Positions 36,270-46,018 of a stretch of 64,000 nt of DNA are shown one piece after another. The notes beneath the pieces are model-generated. The model made no database searches and was not told the origin of the DNA. It worked only from the letters and a program-made list of their open reading frames with translations. A program made the position numbers and the translations under genes. Source of the DNA: Candidatus Uhrbacteria bacterium (GTDB taxonomy: Bacteria; Patescibacteriota; Patescibacteriia; UBA9934; GWF2-40-263); NCBI GenBank assembly GCA_023246355.1, contig JAHFIQ010000005.1:3086-67085 (forward strand), read 5' to 3'. The first letter of the stretch is position 1. Each line of letters starts with the position of its first letter.

Positions 36270-37736
36270 ATGACCAAGAAGACTTACGTTCTCTCTCTTG
36301 TGCTTTTCGGCATCTACGCCTTTTCGGCTCACGCCTCCTCAACTTGGATCGAACAAGACCATGGCACCATGCAGAGCGTGCGGGGGATTGTGAAAGCCGG
36401 TGACACACTCGTTGCGGTTGGCAACAGCGGTTACATGATGACGTCTTCCGATGACGGAGAGACCTGGACATTGTCGAGTCGAATTTCCAGTGCGTGGTGG
36501 CATGATGTGTCCTTGGAATCCGACGGTGATGTCGTGGCTGTGGGAGAGTCGGGAACGTATGCGACTTCCACCAACAATGGGACCTCCTGGTCATCTGGCT
36601 CATTGGGTGTTTCTAATCACTTGTACGGCGTGGATGAATCGGGGTCTTATGGGTATATCGTTGGCGCGGGTGGTACGGTTTTGTATCTTGCCAATGGCCG
36701 GTGGGTCAGTGGAACGCCAAATGTGACAGATAATCTCTACGATGTGCAGGATAATGGCGATGGGACATCGTGGATTGTCGGAGCCGCAGGGCGCGTGTTG
36801 AAGGCGAGCAATGGCGGAGTCTCGTGGACGAATCTCGGACGCGTGGCCACGGATGATTTACAAGGCGTTTATTTCTCGTCATCCACAACAGGATGGGTCA
36901 TCGGCGACATGGGGACGTTCAAGAAGACGACCGATGCTGGGACCTCTTGGGCGAGCGTGAGCGTCAGCGGATTATCGTCACAAGATTTGTATGACATCCA
37001 GGTTTCGGGCGACAACATGGTCATCGTAGGCGACAAGATTATGTTGATGAGCGAGGACGGCGGTGATACATGGAGTGCACAGGATTTTGCGGACGAGAAC
37101 ATCACCTTTTTTGCCGCGACCTATGATACGGACGGTAGTCTTTGGGCGGCTGGAACAGATTTTGATGTCTGGTCGAGTGTGTATCGGTATGAGGTGGAAG
37201 AGGTGGCTGAGGGAGATGCGGTGGAAGAGGAAACTACGGAGGTAGCCCCAGGCTTCAGCCTGGGTGAAGCTGAAACGAATAATCTCATCAAACTCACATG
37301 CGAAGGGGAGACAGCGGCGACCGATCCGTGTCGTGCCGTGTATTTTTACGGCTCAGATGGCAAGCGCCATGCGTTCCCAAATGAAAAAGTTTTTTTCACG
37401 TGGTACGAGAATTTTGATAATGTGATCGAGGTGACCTCTGAGTTCATGTCAGATCTCACGCTCGGATCAAACGTGACGTACCACCCTGGCATTAAGATGG
37501 TGAAGTTTCAGAGTGTGAGGACTGTGTACGCGGTCAGTGCCATGGGAGTGCTGCGTGCGATCGCCAGTGAAGACGTAGCGACGGATCTTTACGGTGCTGA
37601 CTGGAATCAACAGATCGATGACATCTCGGATGCGTTTTTAGGCAACTATGATTTCGGTGAGGACATCAACTCAACGGCGGATTTCGATGTCGAAGCAGAG
37701 GCAGACTCCGTGAGTGAATTGGATGACAATTTCTAA
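36270..37736 (+). CDS. YCF48-like/BNR beta-propeller secreted protein with C-terminal surface domain
   Basis: Repeated VG..G....S.DGG.[ST]W Asp-boxes; C-terminal VYFYGSDGKRHAFPNEKVFFTWY. Confidence 0.85.
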   Translation: MTKKTYVLSLVLFGIYAFSAHASSTWIEQDHGTMQSVRGIVKAGDTLVAVGNSGYMMTSSDDGETWTLSSRISSAWWHDVSLESDGDVVAVGESGTYATSTNNGTSWSSGSLGVSNHLYGVDESGSYGYIVGAGGTVLYLANGRWVSGTPNVTDNLYDVQDNGDGTSWIVGAAGRVLKASNGGVSWTNLGRVATDDLQGVYFSSSTTGWVIGDMGTFKKTTDAGTSWASVSVSGLSSQDLYDIQVSGDNMVIVGDKIMLMSEDGGDTWSAQDFADENITFFAATYDTDGSLWAAGTDFDVWSSVYRYEVEEVAEGDAVEEETTEVAPGFSLGEAETNNLIKLTCEGETAATDPCRAVYFYGSDGKRHAFPNEKVFFTWYENFDNVIEVTSEFMSDLTLGSNVTYHPGIKMVKFQSVRTVYAVSAMGVLRAIASEDVATDLYGADWNQQIDDISDAFLGNYDFGEDINSTADFDVEAEADSVSELDDNF

Positions 37737-37763
37737 GAAGGTCGATAAAATACCGCCATTCGT

Positions 37764-39797
37764 ATGAAGCGGTCTTTTATTTTAAAACTGGCAGTGATTA
37801 TCACGATTTTATCTATGATCGTGCTTCCTTTGCTTGTAGGAGCACGAGAGGCAAGCGATCCATTCCGCTCTGAACAATGGTATTTGGATCAAATTTCCGC
37901 CCCGTCGGCTTGGGAGGTCGAGACAGGATCAAACGAGACGGTTGTGGCCGTGCTCGATGCGGGGTTTGATTTGGAACATGAAGATCTACAGGGTCAGTTT
38001 TGGAAAAACGAAGATGAAACGCCTGGTGATGATCGCGACAATGACAACAATGGTTTTGAAGATGATGTCCACGGATGGGATTTCGTGGATGGGGACGGTG
38101 ATCCAAGTCCAGACACAAGCGGCACGGACACGGTCGTGTCACACGGCACGGTCATTGCTGGAATCATTGGTGCTGCCGCAAACAACGGATTGGGCATCAC
38201 GGGCATCAACTGGGATGTGGCGATCATGCCGCTGCGGGTGCTCGATAAAAACGGCGCAGGTTCCACCGTGGATGTTCGCCACGCCATTGAGTATGCGGTG
38301 GACAATGGCGCGGACGTCATCAATCTCAGCTTTACGTTTTCCACCATCGACGAACGTTTGCGTGACACAATTCTCTGGGCGTATGAACAAGGCGTTGTTG
38401 TGGTGGCAGCCATTGGGAACGGGGAAGTCGATACAGATGTGACGCCGATCTATCCTGCGTGTTTTGATTTGACATTGGGTGTCAACGCGGTGATCGGTGT
38501 GGCCGCAACAAACACGCAGGACGTGAAAGCAGATTTTTCCAACTTCGGGACACGCTGTGTGGATCTTTCGGCTCCTGGGACAGATGTCTTTGCCACGGTG
38601 TATCACGATGAGGATGTTCTGTCGTTCATTACTTCCTACGCGTCACCTTGGGAAGGGACATCGATTGCCGCTCCGATGGTTTCCGGTGCAGCTGCGCTTT
38701 TGCGTTCTGCGTATCCATCACTCACTCCCGATCAAGTGAGAAACGCTCTGAAGCTCTCGGTAGACCCCGTTGCCGAGACATCACTTGAAGCGCGCATGCG
38801 ATTGGGAGCTGGACGATTGAATCTAGAGCGAGCTCTCCGGTATGCACAGACTTTTGCCAATGGGTCTGGATCAACTCAAGAAACAAATGCGCACACGTCG
38901 TCAGGTTCATTTGTGGTTGCACAGGCGCGTGGATCTGAATCCATCGTGCGTCGAGTGGATGGCGCCGGAGAAGTTCTGGCTGAGTTTCAGGCGTATCCGA
39001 GCGGATTTCGCGGCGGCGTTCGTGTGGCCATGGGAGACGTAAACGGTGATGGCGTGGAGGAGGTCATCACTGGCGCAGGACCAAGCGGTGGACCGCAGGT
39101 GAGGATTTTTGATCTTGAAGGAAAGGTCATGGGACAATTTTTCGCCTTTGAAGAGGGCGATCGTAATGGAATTTTTGTCGCCACGGGAGATGTAAATGGC
39201 GATGGGATCGATGAGATTCTCGTGACTTCGGATGCCGGCGGCACGGGTCAGGTACGGATTTTTAATCGCTACGGCCATTTGAAGGGCGCGTATTTCCCGT
39301 TTGGCAGAACAGCCGAGCCCGTCCGTGTTGCCACGGGGAATCTTGATGGTGACTCCGAGTCTGAAATTGTGAGTGTACTGGGAAAGGGAAGTGATGGGCG
39401 CATGTTGATCCATGACGGCAATGGCCGGTATGTCGGTTCCGCGACCGCATTCAATACCAGCGTGGATGCCCTGACCATTGCCACAGCTGACATAGATGGC
39501 GATGGTGTCGACGAGATTGTCGTCGGATCGGGCGCGGGTCACAGTCCGCAAGTTTCCGTGTATACTTCATCAGGTGAAGAACGCGCAAAATTTTTTGCTT
39601 TTCCGGTTTCATTCACCGGAGGCGTAGAAGTTGCGGCTGGAGACCTGGATGGGAATGGCACAAGTGAGATCTATGTGTTTCCTGCCTCTGCCGGTGGCCC
39701 GCAGGTCAGGATATTTAGTGAGGAGAACACTTTGATCGGAAGTTTTTTTATCTTTGATACGGCGTTGCGCCTTGGCGGGTCGATCGCTATTTGGTAG
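37764..39797 (+). CDS. Subtilisin-like S8 serine peptidase with FG-GAP-like repeats
   Basis: Triad VAVLDAG / SHGTVIAG / EGTSIAAPMV. Confidence 0.93.
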   Translation: MKRSFILKLAVIITILSMIVLPLLVGAREASDPFRSEQWYLDQISAPSAWEVETGSNETVVAVLDAGFDLEHEDLQGQFWKNEDETPGDDRDNDNNGFEDDVHGWDFVDGDGDPSPDTSGTDTVVSHGTVIAGIIGAAANNGLGITGINWDVAIMPLRVLDKNGAGSTVDVRHAIEYAVDNGADVINLSFTFSTIDERLRDTILWAYEQGVVVVAAIGNGEVDTDVTPIYPACFDLTLGVNAVIGVAATNTQDVKADFSNFGTRCVDLSAPGTDVFATVYHDEDVLSFITSYASPWEGTSIAAPMVSGAAALLRSAYPSLTPDQVRNALKLSVDPVAETSLEARMRLGAGRLNLERALRYAQTFANGSGSTQETNAHTSSGSFVVAQARGSESIVRRVDGAGEVLAEFQAYPSGFRGGVRVAMGDVNGDGVEEVITGAGPSGGPQVRIFDLEGKVMGQFFAFEEGDRNGIFVATGDVNGDGIDEILVTSDAGGTGQVRIFNRYGHLKGAYFPFGRTAEPVRVATGNLDGDSESEIVSVLGKGSDGRMLIHDGNGRYVGSATAFNTSVDALTIATADIDGDGVDEIVVGSGAGHSPQVSVYTSSGEERAKFFAFPVSFTGGVEVAAGDLDGNGTSEIYVFPASAGGPQVRIFSEENTLIGSFFIFDTALRLGGSIAIW

Positions 39798-39802
39798 ACA
39801 CT

Positions 39803-41878
39803 ATGACCTATCAGACCAGTAAGATTTATGCTCGGATTGTCGTCTTCTTTTTGTTTTTGTCTTTGGCGTTTCCTGCGTCTGCCCTCACACCAGATGACGA
39901 ATATCTTTCCGAGCAATGGTATCTGACAAACATTGGTGCTGAGGACGCCTGGGAAACATCCACCGGCGACAACGAAGTCGTGGTGGCCGTGCTCGATACA
40001 GGTGTTGATTTGGATCATCCAGATTTGGAAGCGAACATCTGGGAGAACCCAGGGGAGGACCCAGACAACGGTAAGGACGATGATCACAATGGCTACGTCG
40101 ATGATGTGCATGGGTACGATTTTGTCGATGATGAGGGAGATCCGATGCCAAGTCTTGAAGGAAGTTTTGACACCGACGCGGTGAGTCATGCAACCGTGAT
40201 CGCGGGCATCATTGGCGCAGTTGGGGATAATGCAGACGGCATCGCGGGCATCAACTGGAATGTGAAAATTATGTCCGTGCGTATTTTGGATTCCGACGGT
40301 GTTGGCGATGCAGAGCTCGCTCGTGAAGGGGTGGAGTATGCAACAGAAAATGGCGCGGATGTGATCAATCTCAGTTTTACGGGTTTTGATGTGGATCCGG
40401 CTCTGCGTGATGCTGTTCGTGATGCCTACGATGCAGGCATCGTCGTTGTGGCAGCGATGGGCAACGCCGATGGGGGAGGCCTCGATATTGATGAGACGCC
40501 CATCTACCCAGCCTGCTACGGCGAGCATGCGGATGAGGATTGGATTTTGGGTGTGGCTGCGACTACGATCGATGATGAGAAAGCCGATTTTTCCAATTAC
40601 GGTTCCACCTGCACAGACATTTCTGCGCCAGGGGAAAATATTTTCAGTGCGGTGTTTCAAGATGACGACGTCCCAGAATTGGCCGAAGGCTATTATCAGG
40701 AGGGCTGGTCAGGGACCTCGATGGCCTCACCGATGGTTGCGGGAGCCGCGGCGTTGTTGTTGGCAAATTATCCGTCGCTCACGCCCGACGAGATCAAAAC
40801 GATCCTGCGTTTGTCTGCTGATCCGGTGATCGCGACCGGATCAGCGAAAGGAAAAATGGGTGCAGGTAGACTGAATATCGCAAACGCGATTGCGGCAGCG
40901 CCGTCGTTTGCGGACGTGGGAGAAGATTCCGTGTCCGCTGCTTCTGTGGAAGCATCGTCCAGTTACAGAATCGCGGTGGCTCCTGAGAGCGGTTCTCCGC
41001 CAACCGTTCGTGTGTTTGTGAATAGTGGAAGTGAGGTTGTCGCAGAGTTTGATGCCTATGACTCAGCGTTTACCGGTGGTGTGCGACTCACTATGGGAGA
41101 TGTCGATGGGGACGGGGAAGAAGAAATTGTCACTGTGCCAGGACCAGGCGGAGGACCGCAGGTGCGCATTTTCGATTTGGAAGGCAATCTCGAACGTGAC
41201 TTTTTTGCCTTTGAGGAGAGTTTACGATCAGGCTATTTTGTTGCGACCGGGGATGTGGATGGCGACGGCGTGGAAGAGATTGTGGTGAGTACAGATGAAG
41301 GCGGAAATGGTCGCGTAGGCATTTTCGACAAAGACGGGAATGAAGTGGAGGATTCGTTCATGCCGTTTTCCGATGTCAGTGGAAAGAGAAGTGTCCGTGT
41401 GGCCATGGGAGACGTTGATGGGGACGGGGAAGACGAAGTGATCGTGTGCTTAGGCTCAGGCCATGAGCCGATGATTCGTGTCCTTGAGTCTGATGGGGAT
41501 GTTGTGAGTGAGTTTTTGGCGTATGCTTCCACGTACACCAAGGGCGTGTTCGTTGCCTCGGGAGATTTGGATGGTGATGGCGATGATGAAATTGTCACAG
41601 GGACAGACAACGGTGGCGGGCCACAGGTACAGATCTATGATGGCGAGGGAAGCTGGCTGGGAACGTTTTTTGCCTATGACTCGGCGTTTCGTGGTGGGGT
41701 GCGTTTATCTGTCGGGAATCTTTCTGAGTGGCCAGGCGCGTCGATTATCACAGCCGCTGGTCCAGGTGGTGGGCCGCATATTCGTGTCTACAATGGTTAC
41801 GCGGAGTTGATTGGGACCTTTTTCAGCGACGAGGTGAGTGACCGCGACGGAATCAATTCAGGAGCGTGGGGATTATAA
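39803..41878 (+). CDS. Subtilisin-like S8 serine peptidase with FG-GAP-like repeats (tandem paralog)
   Basis: Triad VAVLDTG / SHATVIAG / SGTSMASPMV. Confidence 0.93.
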   Translation: MTYQTSKIYARIVVFFLFLSLAFPASALTPDDEYLSEQWYLTNIGAEDAWETSTGDNEVVVAVLDTGVDLDHPDLEANIWENPGEDPDNGKDDDHNGYVDDVHGYDFVDDEGDPMPSLEGSFDTDAVSHATVIAGIIGAVGDNADGIAGINWNVKIMSVRILDSDGVGDAELAREGVEYATENGADVINLSFTGFDVDPALRDAVRDAYDAGIVVVAAMGNADGGGLDIDETPIYPACYGEHADEDWILGVAATTIDDEKADFSNYGSTCTDISAPGENIFSAVFQDDDVPELAEGYYQEGWSGTSMASPMVAGAAALLLANYPSLTPDEIKTILRLSADPVIATGSAKGKMGAGRLNIANAIAAAPSFADVGEDSVSAASVEASSSYRIAVAPESGSPPTVRVFVNSGSEVVAEFDAYDSAFTGGVRLTMGDVDGDGEEEIVTVPGPGGGPQVRIFDLEGNLERDFFAFEESLRSGYFVATGDVDGDGVEEIVVSTDEGGNGRVGIFDKDGNEVEDSFMPFSDVSGKRSVRVAMGDVDGDGEDEVIVCLGSGHEPMIRVLESDGDVVSEFLAYASTYTKGVFVASGDLDGDGDDEIVTGTDNGGGPQVQIYDGEGSWLGTFFAYDSAFRGGVRLSVGNLSEWPGASIITAAGPGGGPHIRVYNGYAELIGTFFSDEVSDRDGINSGAWGL

Positions 41879-41898
41879 ATTTGCTATACTGGTCGCAT

Positions 41899-42915
41899 AT
41901 GTCTCAACCTCTCACCTTTGAAAATAAGAATATCGTTGTGACCGGCGGTGCTGGATTTCTTGGCTCGCATTTGTGTGAGAGACTTTTGGCGGATGGGCAC
42001 CGTGTGGTATGCGTCGATAATCTTTCCACAGGTGAAGCTCGTAACATCGAAGCACTGTTGCAACACACGAACTTTCGATTTATCCGATTGGATATCAATC
42101 AACCATTTGAGATCGAGAATTTTCCTGAGCTGGCGGCCTTCAAATTCCCGTTTCAAGGCATTCAAGAGATCTATCATTTTGCGTGTCCAACGAGCATTAA
42201 AAATTTCGATCAGTTTAAAATTCAGACTCTCCTTTCTAGCTCATTGGGAAATTATTACGTGCTTGAATTGGCTAAAAAATATCGCGCGAAAATTTTACTG
42301 GCGTCCAGTTCCGTGGTGTATGGTTCAAGGCAGGATGGGGCGCCGCTGGTTGTCGAAACCGATCAGGGGATTGTCGACCATCTTTCTCCTCGTGCCTGTT
42401 ACGACGAAGGAAAGCGTTTTTCCGAGACCATGTTTGAAACCTACCGTCAGGTGCATAGCTTGGAGGTTCGGATCGCGAGAATTTTTCGCACCTACGGACC
42501 TCGCATGCCGTTGTTTGATGGCCAGTTGATTCCAGATTTTATTTTGAACGCGCTGGATGGAAAAGAACTGGTGATGTACGGTGGGCGCGAATTTCGCACG
42601 TCGCTTGCTTTTGTCACAGATGTGATCGATGGTCTGGTTCGGGTGATGGAATCCAAAGATGATCCAGGACCTGTGAATCTCGGCAGCGACGTCGACTTGG
42701 CGCTTGAGGATGTGGCAAAAAAAATCATCGCGATGACGGATTCTTCATCTCAGATCGTTGAAGGCGAAAGTATGATTTTTCTCTCAGAGCTTTCTTTGCC
42801 GCGCATTGACCGTGCCAAGGAACTTGGTTGGTTTCCCTTGGTGCGACTTGAAGATGGTCTGCGCAGAACGATTGAATACATGAAAGCGAATAAGATTTTG
42901 TATAGCAATTTATGA
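41899..42915 (+). CDS. NAD-dependent epimerase/dehydratase, UDP-glucuronate decarboxylase-like
   Basis: VTGGAGFLGSHLCERL, YHFACP, RACYDEGKR, RIFRTYGPRM. Confidence 0.9.
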   Translation: MSQPLTFENKNIVVTGGAGFLGSHLCERLLADGHRVVCVDNLSTGEARNIEALLQHTNFRFIRLDINQPFEIENFPELAAFKFPFQGIQEIYHFACPTSIKNFDQFKIQTLLSSSLGNYYVLELAKKYRAKILLASSSVVYGSRQDGAPLVVETDQGIVDHLSPRACYDEGKRFSETMFETYRQVHSLEVRIARIFRTYGPRMPLFDGQLIPDFILNALDGKELVMYGGREFRTSLAFVTDVIDGLVRVMESKDDPGPVNLGSDVDLALEDVAKKIIAMTDSSSQIVEGESMIFLSELSLPRIDRAKELGWFPLVRLEDGLRRTIEYMKANKILYSNL

Positions 42916-43607
42916 AGGTGATTGCCCTCATACCTGCCTACAACGAAGAGGCGACCATTGCAGAGGTGTTGCAAAAAACAAAACCGTTTGTGGACGGGAT
43001 GATTGTGGTCAATGATGGTTCATGGGATCGCACTTCACAGATCGCCCAAGGACAAGGAGCGGTAGTCGTGAGCCATGTGGTCAACCGTGGACTCGGCGCG
43101 GCGATCGGAACTGGTTTTGCGGCTGCCAAGTGTTTGGGGGCAGATGTGGTTGTGACACTTGATGCGGATGGTCAGCACGACCCCCATGAGATCCAAAAAT
43201 TTGTTGCGGCGATTGAGGCAGGGGCTGACGTGGTGATCGGGTCGCGTTTGCTTGAAGACACCTCCCCTTGCCAAGGGGAGGTCGGGAGGGGTCGTATGCC
43301 GCTTCATCGAAAAGTGGCCAACACGATTGGGAATCTTGTGACCTTTCTCTTGTTCGGTGCATGGGTGACAGACAGTCAATCTGGATTCCGTGCGTTCACG
43401 AGATTCGCCCTCTCAAAGATTGAGATCAAGACGAACCGCATGGAGGTTTCTTCAGAACTGATCGCCGAGGCGCGTCGTCATGAACTGAATCTCGTCGAAG
43501 TTCCGATCAAAGCGATCTATACCGACTATTCCCTTTCCAAGGGTCAGAATTTTTTTGTGGGAATCAAGACAGTACTGAAACTTGTTGTTCGACGCCTGAT
43601 GTCGTAG
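42912..43607 (+). CDS. Glycosyltransferase family 2 (DPM1-like)
   Basis: IPAYNEE, VVNDGSWD, TLDADGQH, TDSQSGFRAF. Confidence 0.94.
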   Translation: MKVIALIPAYNEEATIAEVLQKTKPFVDGMIVVNDGSWDRTSQIAQGQGAVVVSHVVNRGLGAAIGTGFAAAKCLGADVVVTLDADGQHDPHEIQKFVAAIEAGADVVIGSRLLEDTSPCQGEVGRGRMPLHRKVANTIGNLVTFLLFGAWVTDSQSGFRAFTRFALSKIEIKTNRMEVSSELIAEARRHELNLVEVPIKAIYTDYSLSKGQNFFVGIKTVLKLVVRRLMS

Positions 43608-43611
43608 TTGT

Positions 43612-43947
43612 ATGGATGTGATACAAATTTTGATCGTCGTGTTTGCCCTGTTTGCCCTCTCACGCACGGTTTGGCAATTCAAAAAAGGGACGTTGTCGTT
43701 CGTCTGGCTTTTTTTCTGGATCTTGTTTTGGCTCGGTGTTGGATTCGTTGCTGTTCTTCCGCAGACCGCGGACATGGTAGCCCGCGTGGTTGGTGTTGGA
43801 AGAGGAGCTGATGTGGTGATCTATGTTTCTTTGCTCGCCTTGTTCTATTTGATCTTCCGCGTCTACATCAAAATCGAACAGGTAGAGAGAGAGGTCACGG
43901 GGCTGGTGCGGAAATTGGCGCTCGACGAACTGGAGGAGAAAAAATAA
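43612..43947 (+). CDS. DUF2304-family small membrane protein
   Basis: A.VVGVGRGADVVIY ... EVT.LVR.LAL; typical neighbour of DPM-like GT2 genes. Confidence 0.85.
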   Translation: MDVIQILIVVFALFALSRTVWQFKKGTLSFVWLFFWILFWLGVGFVAVLPQTADMVARVVGVGRGADVVIYVSLLALFYLIFRVYIKIEQVEREVTGLVRKLALDELEEKK

Positions 43948-43948
43948 C

Positions 43949-45049
43949 ATGATGCCTCGCGTTGCCATTATTTATCTCTGTTACAACAACCGCGCCTATC
44001 TCGAGGATGTTTTTGCTTCCGTCGAAAAATTGCAGTACCCCCGTGAGCAACTTGAGGTTGTGGTCGTTGATAATGATTCCAAAGACGGGAGTCCTGAGTG
44101 GTTGCGTGCCCACCAGGGCATCACGTTTTTACCAAGTGAAAAGAATCTTGGATTTGCTGAGGGGAATAATGTGGGCATCCGTCACGCGATGTTGCATGGC
44201 GCTCAGTATGTCTACTTGTTAAACGGCGACGCCAAGCTTCATCCGGAGGCGATCATGGAGGCGGTGAAACTGGCAGAGTCAGACCAAACCATTGGCTCTG
44301 TGCAGTCGAGAATCATGTTGTGGAAGCATCCGGATATTGTGAACGTCACCGGAGGCATGGTGCATTTTTTGGGCTTTGGTTTTGCCCGCGACAACGGAAA
44401 AGCTTGGGATGGGGTCAGGTCCGACTTCCGACTTTTGGGTTTAGATGTCCAGGATCAAAAAAGTCGGAAGTCGGACCTGACCCCATTTGAAATCGCCTAC
44501 AGCAGTGGAGCGGCTGTACTGTATCGAGCCTCTGTGTTGCAGAAGGTCGGCTTGTTGGATTCATTCCTCTTTCTCTATCACGAGGACCTTGAACTTGGTT
44601 GGCGTATCCGTCTGGCCGGTTACAAGAACGTGTTGGCCATCGATTCGATTGCGTATCATGACTACGAGTTCAAACGCTCCATCAAAAAGTTTTATTGGAT
44701 GGAACGCAATCGTGTGCTCGTCCATTGTTCTCATCTCACACTCAGGTCGCTCGCTCTGCTTGCGATTCCGATGCTTCTTGCTGAACTTGGACTCATCCTA
44801 TTTGCGATCAAGGGTGGCTGGATTCGCGAGAAGGTTCTCGTGTACGTGAGTCTTTTCAGTCCTCGGTCCTGGAGGTACGTCAAAACAAAACGTCGCGAGA
44901 GCCGGCTCTTGCGACGTGTCGGAGATCGTGAAATTGTGCGCCTGTGGACCGGGAAAATTGAGCATCAGGAAACCCAAAGTTTCATCGTGGATCGCTTGAT
45001 CAATCCATCTTCATCAGCGCTTTGGAAGGTTCTTCGAGCTTTCATTTAA
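43949..45049 (+). CDS. Glycosyltransferase family 2 with in-frame palindromic insertion
   Basis: VVDNDSKDG, NLGFAEGNN, FLYHEDLELGWR. Confidence 0.93.
   Translation: MMPRVAIIYLCYNNRAYLEDVFASVEKLQYPREQLEVVVVDNDSKDGSPEWLRAHQGITFLPSEKNLGFAEGNNVGIRHAMLHGAQYVYLLNGDAKLHPEAIMEAVKLAESDQTIGSVQSRIMLWKHPDIVNVTGGMVHFLGFGFARDNGKAWDGVRSDFRLLGLDVQDQKSRKSDLTPFEIAYSSGAAVLYRASVLQKVGLLDSFLFLYHEDLELGWRIRLAGYKNVLAIDSIAYHDYEFKRSIKKFYWMERNRVLVHCSHLTLRSLALLAIPMLLAELGLILFAIKGGWIREKVLVYVSLFSPRSWRYVKTKRRESRLLRRVGDREIVRLWTGKIEHQETQSFIVDRLINPSSSALWKVLRAFI
44409..44486. repeat. GGGGTCAGGTC-family REP palindrome inside a CDS (28-bp perfect arms, 78 nt)
   Basis: ATGGGGTCAGGTCCGACTTCCGACTTTT ... AAAAGTCGGAAGTCGGACCTGACCCCAT. 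Confidence 0.9.
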
Positions 45050-45055
45050 TATTCT

Positions 45056-45184
45056 AGCTGGCCTCCCAAAATCGATGAGATTACCTTGAACGGGGAAGCC
45101 AGCCGCCGAGACGTAGGTAAATCCTACGTTGAGGAGGTGGCGGGGCCCCGTGAAAGGTAAGATCGCGATTTTGGGAGGTCAGCT
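45056..45184 (+). repeat. ~125-nt rod-like structured repeat, copy B
   Basis: Core ATGAG..CGGGGAAGCCAGCC.CCGAGACGT..CTACGTTGAGGAGGTGG.GGGGCCCCG..GATCGCGA shared with copies A and C. Confidence 0.88.
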
Positions 45185-46018
45185 TTTTTGTCCCAGCCAC
45201 TTGAGGGTGTACTTGAGCCAACTCATGATGTGAATCCGTGTGGTGCGGTTGTGAAGGATTTTATCGATCGTGCCTTTTCCTTTTGCTGAATCTTTACTAT
45301 ACGCATGATAGAGCACCGCCTCGGGAAGATAATACACCGGGCGGCCATGGAGCCAGCTTGTCCGACACAGGTCAACATCTTCGTAATACATGAAGTAGCG
45401 ATCATCAAATCCGCCTAGTTCGCGGAACAGGTTGCCTTCGATCATGAAGGCAGACCCTTGCACCCAATCAACCATCCGACGCTTGTTGTGATCAAAATCC
45501 TCCATGAGGAATTGCTGTTTGTGTGACGTCACTCGGTTTTTTTTGAAGAGCGATGTTCGTTGCATGATGGGGGTGAGCACCGAGGGAAATCGTCGGCAGG
45601 TTTCTTGAAGTCGTCCATCCATGTACAAAATTTTTGGCGCCGCAATGCCGACCTTTGGGTGGTTTTTGAGAAAGCGATACAGTTTCATCAGAACCTCCGG
45701 ATCATCCACCCGAGTATCTGGATTCAAAAAGAAATAATAGTCCGAGTCGACTTCCTCTGCCCCACGGTTACACGAGCGACCAAATCCCACGTTCACGTTG
45801 CGAAGGATGACGATCGCTTGGGGAACATGTTTTTTTACCAGGGCATGTGCGTCGATTTTTGTCGATGCGTTGTCGACCAAAATAAATCGCACCTTGAGCG
45901 GTGTTGCCTCAAGGAGTTTTTGAACAGAGTGAAGACACGCCTCATCCAGACGATTGGCAGAAACCGTGACGATGGCGATGTCGACGCGTTCTTTTGGGTA
46001 GACGCTTGTTACTTCCAC
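45179..46018 (-). CDS. Glycosyltransferase family 2 (WbbL-like rhamnosyltransferase)
   Basis: LVDNAS, FFLNPDT, VDWVQGS, GGFDDRYFMYYEDVDLC. Confidence 0.92.
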   Translation of the reverse strand: MEVTSVYPKERVDIAIVTVSANRLDEACLHSVQKLLEATPLKVRFILVDNASTKIDAHALVKKHVPQAIVILRNVNVGFGRSCNRGAEEVDSDYYFFLNPDTRVDDPEVLMKLYRFLKNHPKVGIAAPKILYMDGRLQETCRRFPSVLTPIMQRTSLFKKNRVTSHKQQFLMEDFDHNKRRMVDWVQGSAFMIEGNLFRELGGFDDRYFMYYEDVDLCRTSWLHGRPVYYLPEAVLYHAYSKDSAKGKGTIDKILHNRTTRIHIMSWLKYTLKWLGQKS

